A stretch of DNA of 64,000 nucleotides from Minisyncoccia bacterium (GTDB lineage: Bacteria > Patescibacteriota > Minisyncoccia > Phycocordibacterales > UBA9973): positions 8,232 to 72,231 of the forward strand of contig JBGATK010000006.1 of NCBI GenBank assembly GCA_044229265.1, written 5' to 3'. The translations under genes were made by a program, and so were the position numbers. A model generated the notes under the pieces. That model made no database searches. It worked only from the letters and a program-made list of their open reading frames with translations, and had not been told where the DNA came from. This document shows positions 49,828-59,579 of the stretch, in pieces; position 1 is the first letter of the stretch; each line of letters begins with the position of its first letter.

Positions 49828-50193
49828 ATGGAAAAAATCAAGTCTTTTTTAAATAGTGAAAAAGGGCAAAATCTACTAATCATTTTGATAATAATTTTTG
49901 TAGGAATTGGGGCTTTTTTATTGGGTAGACTATCAAAATTAAATGACTCTAAGTCCATAAAAATAGAATATAAGGGCGGGGAAGAGGCAAGTGGTATAAA
50001 AGCCCTAGCCATAGATGCTTTGCCTAATTTAGCCTCCCCTAGCGGTGATTTTTTTGCTTCAAAGAATGGTAAAAAATATTATCCTACAAACTGCAGTGCT
50101 GGCGCAAATATCAAAGTCTCAAATAGAGTTTACTTTAAGACAAGGGAACAGGCAGAAAATGCAGGTTATGAGCTATCGGCTTCGTGCAGATAA
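49828..50193 (+). CDS. membrane-anchored protein with an Ada metal-binding-like C-terminal domain
   Basis: TM then ASKNGKKYY..C..I..NRVYF...AENAGY. Confidence 0.75.
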   Translation: MEKIKSFLNSEKGQNLLIILIIIFVGIGAFLLGRLSKLNDSKSIKIEYKGGEEASGIKALAIDALPNLASPSGDFFASKNGKKYYPTNCSAGANIKVSNRVYFKTREQAENAGYELSASCR

Positions 50194-50311
50194 TTAATAG
50201 AATAGTGTCGCACAATATACCTTTGCGGTAGGTAGTATTTTAAATCTACTTAAAACAAAAGGCTGAATTGATATTACTCAAAACAGCCCTTCCCTATATT
50301 AAAATTATTTT

Positions 50312-50464
50312 TTACCAAACACTTAGGAATAAATCACGAAGCCAATACCATACTCCCCGAACTGTAATACCATAATGTTGCATTATAAAAAATGCTATAA
50401 CCAGTAGTATTATGATTTGAATAAATCCACCACTATTTTTACGATTTTTGAATAAATTCTTCAT
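50312..50464 (-). CDS. 50-aa small protein with a prepilin-like N-terminus (absent from the ORF track)
   Basis: MKNLFKNRKNSGG|FIQIIILLVIAFFIM...; TGCTAAAAT 7 nt before the ATG. Confidence 0.65.
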   Translation of the reverse strand: MKNLFKNRKNSGGFIQIIILLVIAFFIMQHYGITVRGVWYWLRDLFLSVW

Positions 50465-50474
50465 AAGAGCTATT

Positions 50475-51818
50475 TTAGCATATTTTATGGTCTATAGCAC
50501 TCTTAAGCCTAGCTAAAGCCTCATCTTGGCCTAGTGTATAAGCCAAAATAAATGGATCTGGACTTTTATCCATACCAGATAGTGCTATACGCACAGGATG
50601 CAAAGTTTGACCTACACTACCACCAGCTTTAGCAATCATAGTTAGAACTTCTTTAATTTTTTCTAAATTATAATCCTCACTTTTTATACTTTTTAATGCC
50701 TCGAAAGCACTCATAAGTCTAACTTTAACATCAGCAAGTGTCATGTTCTTAAAAATTAATTTTTGGGTAGGGTAGTCATTGGCAGAAAAAATGAAATTAA
50801 GCTCCCCCATTTCTATCATTTTTTTTACATCAGACCATTTGGAAATTCTGTCAAAAATAATAGGAATAATTTTTGTTATAACTTCCCTATTTAAATTTTT
50901 AAAATTCTCGGGTAAAAATTCCAAAATATTTTTTTCAATTTCTTCAATGCTCAAATTCTTCATATGCATTTTATTGAACCATTCTAATTTTTCTTCATTA
51001 AAAACTGCCGGGCTTTTTTGTACTCGTTCTAAATCAAATTCTGTTATCAATTCATCATGAGTGAATATTTCTTTTTCAGTACCAGGATTCCATCCTACAA
51101 AAGCAGTTCCGTTTAAAATAGCTTGTGGTAAAAAACCCAAGTTTTTATATTCGCTAGCAGATCTAGCTCCGCGACGCTTTGAAAGCTTTTGTTTATCTAT
51201 ACCAAGGACTAGCGGCAAATGCGCATATATTGGCGTAGGTGCGCCTATAGCACGTTGGATTAGGATTTGCCTAGGTGTATTTGATACGTGGTCTTCTCCA
51301 CGAATTACGTGAGTTATACCTTCTTCGAAATCATCCACAACTACAGCTAGGTGAAAAAGTGGTTCATTTAAATTTTTAGCAATTACGAAATCACCTAAAT
51401 CCTCGGTATGAATTTTTACCTCACCTTTTATTAAATCAAAAAAAGTAATATCTATTTTAGGATTTTTAAAACGCACGATTTCTTTTATAACTCCCGAACC
51501 ATCTTTTGCTTCTTCTTTTGAGATATAAGCAGTGCCATCAGCTATCATTTTTTCTAGATATTTTTTATGGGTATCTACGTGTTCACTTTGACGGTAAAAT
51601 TCATCATAAGGTAGATCAAGCCATTTTAAGCTCTCTAATATATCCTCTTCATATTCTTTTTTACTACGTTCTTTGTCTGTATCTTCGATGCGCAAAATAA
51701 ATTTGCCGTTATTCTTTTTAGCAAAAAGATAAGAAAAAATAGCAGTACGGAATACACCCAAATGCAGTAATCCTGTAGGACTCGGAGCAAAACGCGTAAT
51801 TACTGGTTTTTCATTCAT
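50475..51818 (-). CDS. gltX: glutamate--tRNA ligase
   Basis: RFAPSPTG, LRIEDTD, IRGEDH, KLSKR. Confidence 0.96.
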   Translation of the reverse strand: MNEKPVITRFAPSPTGLLHLGVFRTAIFSYLFAKKNNGKFILRIEDTDKERSKKEYEEDILESLKWLDLPYDEFYRQSEHVDTHKKYLEKMIADGTAYISKEEAKDGSGVIKEIVRFKNPKIDITFFDLIKGEVKIHTEDLGDFVIAKNLNEPLFHLAVVVDDFEEGITHVIRGEDHVSNTPRQILIQRAIGAPTPIYAHLPLVLGIDKQKLSKRRGARSASEYKNLGFLPQAILNGTAFVGWNPGTEKEIFTHDELITEFDLERVQKSPAVFNEEKLEWFNKMHMKNLSIEEIEKNILEFLPENFKNLNREVITKIIPIIFDRISKWSDVKKMIEMGELNFIFSANDYPTQKLIFKNMTLADVKVRLMSAFEALKSIKSEDYNLEKIKEVLTMIAKAGGSVGQTLHPVRIALSGMDKSPDPFILAYTLGQDEALARLKSAIDHKIC

Positions 51819-51855
51819 ATGGGCATTTTAGCACGAAATAATGGCTTTTGGAAGG

Positions 51856-52986
51856 CTATTTCTCGTGCGATAGAGCTATGTTTACGAGTTCTTGAGCTAT
51901 TTTTTCGCCTGCGTCTTTTTTAGCAAAGGTACTAGTAGCGTGAGACATTTTTAAATATAAATTTCTATCATTCATAATTCTGTCCACTTCTTCTATTAAA
52001 ACACTTTTAGTCATATTTAATTCTTCTATTACACTACAAGAACCACTGTGAGCATAAGCGTAAGCATTCTTTCTTTGATGATCACCATTAGAATTTGTAA
52101 TTGGAATTATTATAGATGGTAAACCCCAAGATGCTATTTCAAATATAGTTGATCCGGCGCGAGAAATTACAATATCAGCAGCGCCAGTTGCCATTTTAAG
52201 CTGAAGTGAATTTAAAAAAGGTAGTGGTAGATAGCGATTTTTGTTTTGATTATTTTCAAGCACAATACTAGCGCGACCACGGGTACTTTCTAAATTTTTA
52301 ATACCAGTTTGATGAATTATTTGATATTTTTCTAAAAGTTCAGGCAGAGCATCTAATAAAACATTATTAATTAATTCAGCGCCTTGCGAACCTCCTAGAA
52401 TTAAAATTGTGGGCAAATTAGCTTCTAGTTTAAAATGTTCTAGACCTTTTTCGTGCACTCCTCGCATAGATATTTCGTGGCGAAGTGGGTGTCCGGTCCA
52501 AGCTGTTTTATTGTATGGAAAAAAAGCACTAGCTTCTTTGAATGATACTGCTATTTTCTTTGCAAATTTTCCAGTAAAAATATTAACTCTGCCTGGTGAA
52601 GTGTCGGACTCGTGCATAACAATAGGTATATTTAGAATTTTACCAGCAACTACAGTAGGAAAAGCTGAATACCCACCTTTAGAAAAAATTACGTCTGGAT
52701 ATATATTAAAAACTTTAATTAAAGCACTAATTATGCCAAAACCAACTTTAAAAATATCTAGGAAATTATGAATAGAAAAATACAAGCGCAACTTCCCTGC
52801 TCCTATTTTTTCAAAAATTAGACGATTTTCAAAAAGAATTTCTTTGTCAAAAGGTGAATCAGAAAAAAAATACATTTTAGCATCAACTATATTTTGCTCA
52901 TCTATTATTTTATTTACTTCCTCTACTACAGCGATAATGGGATAAAAATGTCCTCCCGTACCACCACCTGTAAAAATTATTTTCAT
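51856..52986 (-). CDS. murG: lipid II GlcNAc transferase
   Basis: GGGTGGH, GGSQGA, ISRAG, HQRKNA. Confidence 0.95.
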   Translation of the reverse strand: MKIIFTGGGTGGHFYPIIAVVEEVNKIIDEQNIVDAKMYFFSDSPFDKEILFENRLIFEKIGAGKLRLYFSIHNFLDIFKVGFGIISALIKVFNIYPDVIFSKGGYSAFPTVVAGKILNIPIVMHESDTSPGRVNIFTGKFAKKIAVSFKEASAFFPYNKTAWTGHPLRHEISMRGVHEKGLEHFKLEANLPTILILGGSQGAELINNVLLDALPELLEKYQIIHQTGIKNLESTRGRASIVLENNQNKNRYLPLPFLNSLQLKMATGAADIVISRAGSTIFEIASWGLPSIIIPITNSNGDHQRKNAYAYAHSGSCSVIEELNMTKSVLIEEVDRIMNDRNLYLKMSHATSTFAKKDAGEKIAQELVNIALSHEK

Positions 52987-54095
52987 GATATTTCTTTTTT
53001 ATGATGTTTTGAAATTTGTAATACTATACCGACTGCCATCATGTATATCGTAAGCGCTGTTCCTCCATGACTCATAAATACAAGAGGAACTCCAGTCAGT
53101 GGAAAAACTCCTATAACCGAAGCGATATGCAGAAACGATTGTAATACTATCAGTATAACAATACCTGAAACTAAAAGTCTACTAAATTGATCCGGGCTTT
53201 GGCTGGCTATTTTCATTCCACGCAAGAAAAAAATAATAAATAAAAGTATAACCATAACGCTACCTATAAAACCAAATTCCTCGCCTATTACAGCATATAT
53301 AGAATCACCCTGAGCTTCAGGTAGGTAGCTAAATTTTTGTATACTTTGACCATAGCCTCGACCAAAAATTCCACCACTCCCAACAGCTATTAAAGATTGT
53401 TGAATTTGATAAGAGGAGCCCTTGGCATCGACACTAGGATTCAAAAAAGTATTTACTCTGGCTTGTAAATAAGGCGTAAAATAAATAAGTACACCGGCTA
53501 ATATACCAACTAAAATTCCAACTCCTAGAATATGTTTGAGGGGAACATTTGCCAAAAAAAGCATAGCGATGCCTGTGGCTGTAATTAAAATAAAGCTTTT
53601 GTGGTCTGGCTGATTTAAGAGCAATAAGCCCATAATTCCTAGCATTACTACAAATGGCAATATTCCGTATTTAAATTGTTTAACTTTATCTTTCATACCA
53701 GAAAGATAAGCAGAAAGATAAATAATGAAAGCGAATTTTAAAATTTCAGCAGGTTGAAAAGAAATACCTAGCAATGATATCCAACGCCTAGCTCCCCCAT
53801 GGCTCCAACCGAGGCCAGGCACATATACTAAAGCAGTTAAAATTAAAGCGAAAATAAAAATATAAAAAGCTAATTTCCTTAAATTTTTATAAGGAACCTT
53901 TAGCATGATATACATACCCACAAGACCAAAACCAAAACCAAAACCTAGCTGACTAATTAAAATTTCATAAAAGTTTTTTTCATTTTTAGCGAGTACTCCT
54001 AGCGAAGCAGAAACAAAAAATGCGAGTCCTGATAAAATCAGAATCATCACAACACTCAAAAAAAGTTTGTCTGATTTTTTTGCAGTATTATTCAT
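52983..54095 (-). CDS. ftsW: SEDS peptidoglycan glycosyltransferase
   Basis: GARRWI, FQPAEILK, IGEEFG, PLTGVPL.FMSHGG. Confidence 0.93.
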   Translation of the reverse strand: MNNTAKKSDKLFLSVVMILILSGLAFFVSASLGVLAKNEKNFYEILISQLGFGFGFGLVGMYIMLKVPYKNLRKLAFYIFIFALILTALVYVPGLGWSHGGARRWISLLGISFQPAEILKFAFIIYLSAYLSGMKDKVKQFKYGILPFVVMLGIMGLLLLNQPDHKSFILITATGIAMLFLANVPLKHILGVGILVGILAGVLIYFTPYLQARVNTFLNPSVDAKGSSYQIQQSLIAVGSGGIFGRGYGQSIQKFSYLPEAQGDSIYAVIGEEFGFIGSVMVILLFIIFFLRGMKIASQSPDQFSRLLVSGIVILIVLQSFLHIASVIGVFPLTGVPLVFMSHGGTALTIYMMAVGIVLQISKHHKKEIS

Positions 54096-55153
54096 TGGCT
54101 CATTACATGTATTATGACTCCTAAAATCGCAAATACAAAAGACAATATCCAATAACGCATTACCACTTTGCTAGAACTCCAACCTATACTTTCAAAATGA
54201 TGATGCAGTGGTGCGACGCGAAAAACTTTTTTTCCATTTCGAAATTTTTTCGACAATCTTTGAATTATCACAGAGAGTGATGTAGCTACCAGAGGAAAAG
54301 CAATTATCGGAAGTAATAATACTGTGTCAGTCAGAAATGCTAGTGTGGTAAGTATTATAGTCAGTGCCATCATACCAGTTTCCCCCATATAAAACCGAGC
54401 TGGAGGTATATTGAACCATAAAAATGCAAGTATAGAGCCTGTAATGACTCCAGAAAATGCTGCGAGGTCATACTGCGCATTTACCAAAGCTATACCAGTA
54501 TATGCACTAAAAATCGCAGCCAGAACTCCACCAGAGAGTCCGTCGAGCCCATCTATAACTCCTCCAGAAAAAGTAGCAAGCATTACCAAAACCACAAATG
54601 GCACAAATAATACTCCTAAATACAAAAATCCGTCGAAAGGTATACTTATACCAGTAATACCTAATTTTTGATAAAACCAAAATCCTGCTATAACTCCACA
54701 AAATGCAACTAAAGCTATTTTTGTATAAGTATAAAGTTTGGAATGTCTAGTAATATTTGATAAACCAATTATTTCTAAAACATCGTCAGAGAGTCCAGCA
54801 AGTGCTCCGAGTAAAAGCAGTCCGAGTGGTAATAGTGTTTGTGCTCTCGAATAAAAATTTAACTCTGCTATAAAATAATCATCACTATAAATTGAAATTA
54901 CATAGAAAATAAAAGTAGTAAGAATTATTGAAACCCAAATTATAATTCCACCCACACAAGGCACAGATATTTCGCTTTTTTCTTTTTCGGCATGAATAGC
55001 GCTAAACTTTGGATCAAGGACGTCGGCTGAGCGAGTGCGTTTTTTCCACATTTTATATTTATAAAAAAAATGCGTCGCTATTGGCGTGATTAAAATGCCT
55101 ATAAAAAAGGCGCTCATTGTAGGCACGAGAATTTTCAGTAATCCTAAAACCAT
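54092..55153 (-). CDS. mraY: phospho-N-acetylmuramoyl-pentapeptide transferase
   Basis: DGLDGL, FNIPPARFYMGETG, APLHHHFE. Confidence 0.93.
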   Translation of the reverse strand: MVLGLLKILVPTMSAFFIGILITPIATHFFYKYKMWKKRTRSADVLDPKFSAIHAEKEKSEISVPCVGGIIIWVSIILTTFIFYVISIYSDDYFIAELNFYSRAQTLLPLGLLLLGALAGLSDDVLEIIGLSNITRHSKLYTYTKIALVAFCGVIAGFWFYQKLGITGISIPFDGFLYLGVLFVPFVVLVMLATFSGGVIDGLDGLSGGVLAAIFSAYTGIALVNAQYDLAAFSGVITGSILAFLWFNIPPARFYMGETGMMALTIILTTLAFLTDTVLLLPIIAFPLVATSLSVIIQRLSKKFRNGKKVFRVAPLHHHFESIGWSSSKVVMRYWILSFVFAILGVIIHVMSQ

Positions 55154-55230
55154 CGTTTGATTATAACACAAATAAATGCTAAGCTTAAGACCAATATAAA
55201 TTTGTTCATTTCAAAATAAAACCTATACTC

Positions 55231-55764
55231 ATGAATCTATTTCAACGTTTTGATTTATTTCTAGTTAGGAGAATGCATAAATTTTGCATCTTTTATGAAG
55301 AAAAATATCGTGTAGAAATGCGCGACTCACTAATCTTACTTTTAATAATTTTAATAATGTATTATTGGAAAAAAGTAAATAATATACCCCCGAACTTTAT
55401 TTTTCTAGAGGATTCAGAGCAGAGAGAATTTATTATAAAATACATAATTAGTGCTCTAATTGCATGTTTTTATACCCATAAATTATTTTCTGTATATATG
55501 CCCAAAATGCTAAAATTAATTCAAATCCAAGCAAATAGTATTCGGGTTTTTCTTTACAAACTCATTATCGCATCTGCGGGGATTTATCTTTTTGCTATGT
55601 TTTATTTCAAAACATTTGATCAAGGATACAGAATTAGTAATGCGGAAATGCTATTAATCGGCGCGCCTTGGGTAATAAGTGATATTATTTTATCGAGAAC
55701 TTTAGATATTATTTTAATGATATTAACTTATCTAACCCTATCTGTAATTAAAATCAAGAAATAG
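55231..55764 (+). CDS. hypothetical membrane protein
   Basis: About four hydrophobic segments. Confidence 0.55.
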   Translation: MNLFQRFDLFLVRRMHKFCIFYEEKYRVEMRDSLILLLIILIMYYWKKVNNIPPNFIFLEDSEQREFIIKYIISALIACFYTHKLFSVYMPKMLKLIQIQANSIRVFLYKLIIASAGIYLFAMFYFKTFDQGYRISNAEMLLIGAPWVISDIILSRTLDIILMILTYLTLSVIKIKK

Positions 55765-55789
55765 AGTAGGTTCTATTATATATTCTCAG

Positions 55790-56383
55790 TTAATTAAAGT
55801 AACCCTTAATGAAAGCATTAGGGGTTCTTTTTTTTGCTGGGGTCTTTGAGCTAGAACGGTTATTTGTATATATCAAGTTAGCTGGGTCTTGTGTAATTGG
55901 TTTCGTGAGATTCGTAATCTTAAAACTACCTCCAAATGATTCTTCTCCTGTTTGCCCAAACCAGATTATCTTTATTTTCTCATTAACAATCAAAGGAGTG
56001 TCTGCATATATCTGTGAGAGATACATTTCAAAAGGAAATTTATTGTCAGGAGACTCGTAAATCGTTGTTGTGAATTTGTACTCTTTTAGAAACTTTTGGA
56101 ACTCTTCATGGAAAGTTTTAAATTGCACAACCAAATCTGCACCAGCTTTTACTTTTCGAGCAATTATTCCATCAAGTATATCTCGCACCGAACCAACATT
56201 ATTGATCTTGGAATGCAACGCCCAATTGCAGTAGAATTTCAACTTGTTGTATTCTGTTTCTTTTTCTTTGCCGTCTATCTCAAGCATCTTGCGAACTCGA
56301 GAGAGTATGTAAACAACCTGAGGTTCTCCTTCAATTTTCCTATTCAACTCTGTTTGTAGCTTCTCTCGGATATTGTTTCTCAT
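55790..56383 (-). CDS. hypothetical helical protein; C-terminal tail runs through a terminator
   Basis: QVVYILSRVRK, LKFYCNWALH; preceded by TATAAT. Confidence 0.7.
   Translation of the reverse strand: MRNNIREKLQTELNRKIEGEPQVVYILSRVRKMLEIDGKEKETEYNKLKFYCNWALHSKINNVGSVRDILDGIIARKVKAGADLVVQFKTFHEEFQKFLKEYKFTTTIYESPDNKFPFEMYLSQIYADTPLIVNEKIKIIWFGQTGEESFGGSFKITNLTKPITQDPANLIYTNNRSSSKTPAKKRTPNAFIKGYFN
55801..55835. terminator. intrinsic terminator
   Basis: AACCCTTAATG-AAAG-CATTAGGGGTT plus T-run. Confidence 0.75.
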
Positions 56384-56463
56384 AAATATATTATAACTTA
56401 AAAAATGACAAAAGTGACATTACTTACGATCTCTAAATTACACTCAACTGTCCTAAATAGTAG

Positions 56464-56607
56464 CAAGAAAAAGTGTCACTGAATATAGATGTGCGAAATT
56501 ATACAAAGTACTTACTTAAAGATGGAACAATGATGGAGAAAAGAGAACTGTTATCGTGTATGAAAAGCAAACTAGTTCTTAAAGAAAAAAAACTTATCCT
56601 AAGTTAG
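56464..56607 (+). pseudogene. C-terminal remnant resembling a CPR large serine recombinase
   Basis: Start-less frame IDVRNYTKYLLKDGTMMEKRELLSCMKSKLVLKEKKLILS*, preceded by two stops; family assignment is from recall only. Confidence 0.5.
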
Positions 56608-56620
56608 TTATATTTATTTA

Positions 56621-57421
56621 CTAATCAGAATCATCTTTATCAAATTTTCTTTTAATTTTTTTAATTTCAGTTTCCACCTTTGGTAGATTTGTTTCCACTG
56701 GTAACTCTTCAGGAGCTTTTCCCGTATTACTTTTTACTAAACGGCGAACTTCTGTCGCAACTCTTTTATGAACATTCTCCAAAGATTTCTGTCCACTGAC
56801 CTTATTTCTTTTTATATTTTCTTCAGTTTGTGTTACCCTAAATAAATTTGCGGCAAGTTCAGTTCTACCCATATGATCCATTAATTTTCCCTTATTTAAA
56901 CCTCTTAACTTTTCAAGTTCAGATGCACGCATATTATACATACCCATATATCCAGCATCATGAAATAAGGCGTACCCAAACTCATTTAGACCAGCTTTTT
57001 TCGCAGTTTCCATTAAAGATTTATTGCCCTCAGTCAATTCACTTCGATATACAATTCTTCTTATTTCTTCTGGTTGATTGCTTATAAGCAACTCGAGTTT
57101 TTGAGTTTGAGTAGCAAAATATGCTTGAGCTTTAGCTACTTTTTCTAAATTAACATCACCGTTCATTGCTATTAAATAGCACGCGAACCTTGTTAACTTA
57201 TAATCTTCTTTTCCATCATTAATAGTTTTACTTATGTGGTCAAAAGGTGAAAATTTTAATTTCGAAAAAACTACGATAGTCTTTTGGATAATCTTTTCGA
57301 ATTCTTGAAAATTTTGGTAGCCTAAAAATTGAGAGAAGGAAGATGCCCAGAAATAAACCTGTTTATCGTTTACAACTTCTAGCTTGCTAAACTCCTGTTC
57401 TGTTTTTGTAATATCATTCAT
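56621..57421 (-). CDS. dinD: DNA damage-inducible protein D (BRO-N/DinD family)
   Basis: LTRFACYLIAMNGD, AQAYFA.QT, FHDAGY.GMY, DHMG.TELAANLFR. Confidence 0.9.
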   Translation of the reverse strand: MNDITKTEQEFSKLEVVNDKQVYFWASSFSQFLGYQNFQEFEKIIQKTIVVFSKLKFSPFDHISKTINDGKEDYKLTRFACYLIAMNGDVNLEKVAKAQAYFATQTQKLELLISNQPEEIRRIVYRSELTEGNKSLMETAKKAGLNEFGYALFHDAGYMGMYNMRASELEKLRGLNKGKLMDHMGRTELAANLFRVTQTEENIKRNKVSGQKSLENVHKRVATEVRRLVKSNTGKAPEELPVETNLPKVETEIKKIKRKFDKDDSD

Positions 57422-57486
57422 GTGTTAAAGGATTATAACATAATTATAAAACACGATGCGTCTCAGTCACCTGACTTAGTATACGC

Positions 57487-57560
57487 TGGCTGGGGTACAT
57501 GGATTCGAACCACGATTAAAGGCTTCAAAGGCCTCTGTCCTACCATTAGACGATACCCCA
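57487..57560 (-). tRNA. tRNA-Gln(TTG) with encoded CCA
   Basis: TGGGGTA/TACCCCA acceptor, GAGGC-CTTTGAA-GCCTT anticodon arm, GGTTCGAATCC. Confidence 0.95.
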
Positions 57561-57674
57561 ATACAAAAAACATAATAACACTTTACACTTTAAATTTCAA
57601 TTAAAATACTCTTCTATTGCGTATAATTTTGGTAAGTATATAATATGGGTATTAATAAATAAACGAAAAACATT

Positions 57675-57851
57675 ATGGCAAATCAATGGGAAAGTATGGG
57701 CTCAGCAAATCACAAGCTTAAACCAGAAGATAAAAATGATGAGATTATGTATACTGGTCACCAAGACATAACACATATCCCTGATGGCACAATTTCTAAC
57801 GAAACAAATCCAGAAGAAATACAAAAATCAATCGAAGAAGGTCTAAACTAA
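57675..57851 (+). CDS. 58-aa acidic small protein (absent from the ORF track)
   Basis: MANQWESMGSANHKLKPEDK...SIEEGLN*; upstream TTGCGT-16-TATAAT and A-rich leader. Confidence 0.55.
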   Translation: MANQWESMGSANHKLKPEDKNDEIMYTGHQDITHIPDGTISNETNPEEIQKSIEEGLN

Positions 57852-57882
57852 AAAAATACCAAATAAAAATATCTAGAGAAAT

Positions 57883-58935
57883 CTAGATATTTTTATTTTC
57901 TCCAAGCAATTCTATAATTGCCATTTCGAGTGGAAGCTCAGAAATAAAGCTTAAATTTTGATTACTATATGCATCTAGTATTTTTGCAAGTGTGCTCGAG
58001 CGGAGCATATTGTGCTCGTCTTTTTTAATCAAATCTTTTAGAAAATCTTTATCATTTAGCGAAATGTTTATTTCCTCCCCTTCTAATTTCGGCGCATATT
58101 TTAAAAGAATTGCATGGCGAAGTTTTTGAATTAGCAGTTTTATAAAAAGCTTAATTTCTAAATTTTCACTAGAAGTTTTAGCCACTACTTTTAAGGCACT
58201 TTCTAAGTCTTTTTCAGAAATAGCTAAAAGTAAATTATTCACAAGAATATTTTTTGGTGCACCGGTAATTTCTTCTATATTTTCAAGTGATATTTTTTTA
58301 TTCTGGGAGAAACTAAGAACTTTTTGAAGTGCGCCCAACGTGTCTCGAAAGGACCCATCACCCATTATTGCTAATAATTCTGCTCCTTCATCATCTATAG
58401 TGTATTTTTCTTGTTTAGCTACCTTTTGTATTAATTCTTTTAAAATATGTTCTGTTGGTTTTTTGAAATTAAATATTTGGCAACGAGAAATTATAGTATC
58501 AGGCACTTTAGAAAGTTCAGTTGTAGCTAGTATAAATATCACATGCTTTGGAGGCTCTTCGAGAGTTTTGAGGAGAGTATTCCAAGCCTCTTTGGTGAAC
58601 ATATGCACTTCATCTAAAATATAAACTTTATATTTAGAATCAAATGGTAAAACTCGAACTCCATCGCGCAGTTCGCGAACATCATCTATACCTCTATTTG
58701 ATGCAGCATCTATCTCTAAAATATCATTTGGTTTTACGCCCAAACTACTAGCAAAAATACGAGCAAAAGTTGTTTTACCTGTGCCTCTAGAACCGACAAA
58801 AAGATAAGCATGAGATGGAGCCCCATCTAAAATGGATTTTTCTAAAACTTTGACTATGTGTTCTTGACCTAAAACTTCACCAAAATCACTTGGTCTGTAT
58901 TTTCGATATAGGACTAAATTTTCATTATTAGACAT
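57883..58935 (-). CDS. dnaX: DNA polymerase III gamma/tau (short form)
   Basis: LYRKYRP, GSRGTGKTT, EIDAASN, DEVHM, SRCQ. Confidence 0.96.
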   Translation of the reverse strand: MSNNENLVLYRKYRPSDFGEVLGQEHIVKVLEKSILDGAPSHAYLFVGSRGTGKTTFARIFASSLGVKPNDILEIDAASNRGIDDVRELRDGVRVLPFDSKYKVYILDEVHMFTKEAWNTLLKTLEEPPKHVIFILATTELSKVPDTIISRCQIFNFKKPTEHILKELIQKVAKQEKYTIDDEGAELLAIMGDGSFRDTLGALQKVLSFSQNKKISLENIEEITGAPKNILVNNLLLAISEKDLESALKVVAKTSSENLEIKLFIKLLIQKLRHAILLKYAPKLEGEEINISLNDKDFLKDLIKKDEHNMLRSSTLAKILDAYSNQNLSFISELPLEMAIIELLGENKNI

Positions 58936-59032
58936 GTTTTCATTTTAACCTATTTTCATAAATAAAAAAACTCCTAACTTTTGCATTTATATTGCATTAG
59001 TTTTGGAGTTTATATAGACATTTTACTACCGC

Positions 59033-59536
59033 TTAATTATTTGAAAAAAGAATTGGAGCTCGAAGTCTCCTTATTTGCAAGTGAGTGTTCCACTCACCGT
59101 CGAATTTTTCTACAACGCGTTTAAATTGTATGGAAGTATGAAGAGAATCTATCTCTTGCATCAAGAAAAAATTATACGGCACCCCATATCTCTTTTCATT
59201 CTGATAAGAAGATACTGGTATGTTCTTAGGTTTTTCTTTAAAACCATTTCTATGAATTATAGAATAAGAGAAATTCCTCTCTTCCACGGCTATCACAAAT
59301 ACAGCAAAACATCTCTCGAATGCATCCCTGTTTTCTAAAAAAATCTGGAATTGATCAAAAGATGGAATTATCAGGTGATTTAATTTTGTTTTAAAACAAG
59401 CCTCAGTTATATAATCCGAGCCTGGTTCTTCTGTTTGAAGTTTTGTATCAAACATTATGTCTGTATTCAAAAAATTTTTGGCGAAATTTTCCAATAGGTT
59501 GAAACCAATAGGTTGAAATAACAATTCTGGTTGCAT
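59033..59536 (-). CDS. hypothetical protein
   Basis: ORF between dus and dnaX. Confidence 0.55.
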   Translation of the reverse strand: MQPELLFQPIGFNLLENFAKNFLNTDIMFDTKLQTEEPGSDYITEACFKTKLNHLIIPSFDQFQIFLENRDAFERCFAVFVIAVEERNFSYSIIHRNGFKEKPKNIPVSSYQNEKRYGVPYNFFLMQEIDSLHTSIQFKRVVEKFDGEWNTHLQIRRLRAPILFSNN

Positions 59537-59579
59537 AATTAAAAGATTTTTAAAGTTCGAAAATTATATCAATTACAGA

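Noticed and set aside
50205-50230. TGTCGCACAATATACCTTTGCGGTA, possible decayed palindrome
   Set aside because: Pairing is too weak and there is no matching copy in the window
52983-54095. Alternative genetic code (UGA=Gly, as in Gracilibacteria/Absconditabacteria)
   Set aside because: TGA ends mraY and ftsW in ATGA overlaps, and conserved genes are uninterrupted under code 11
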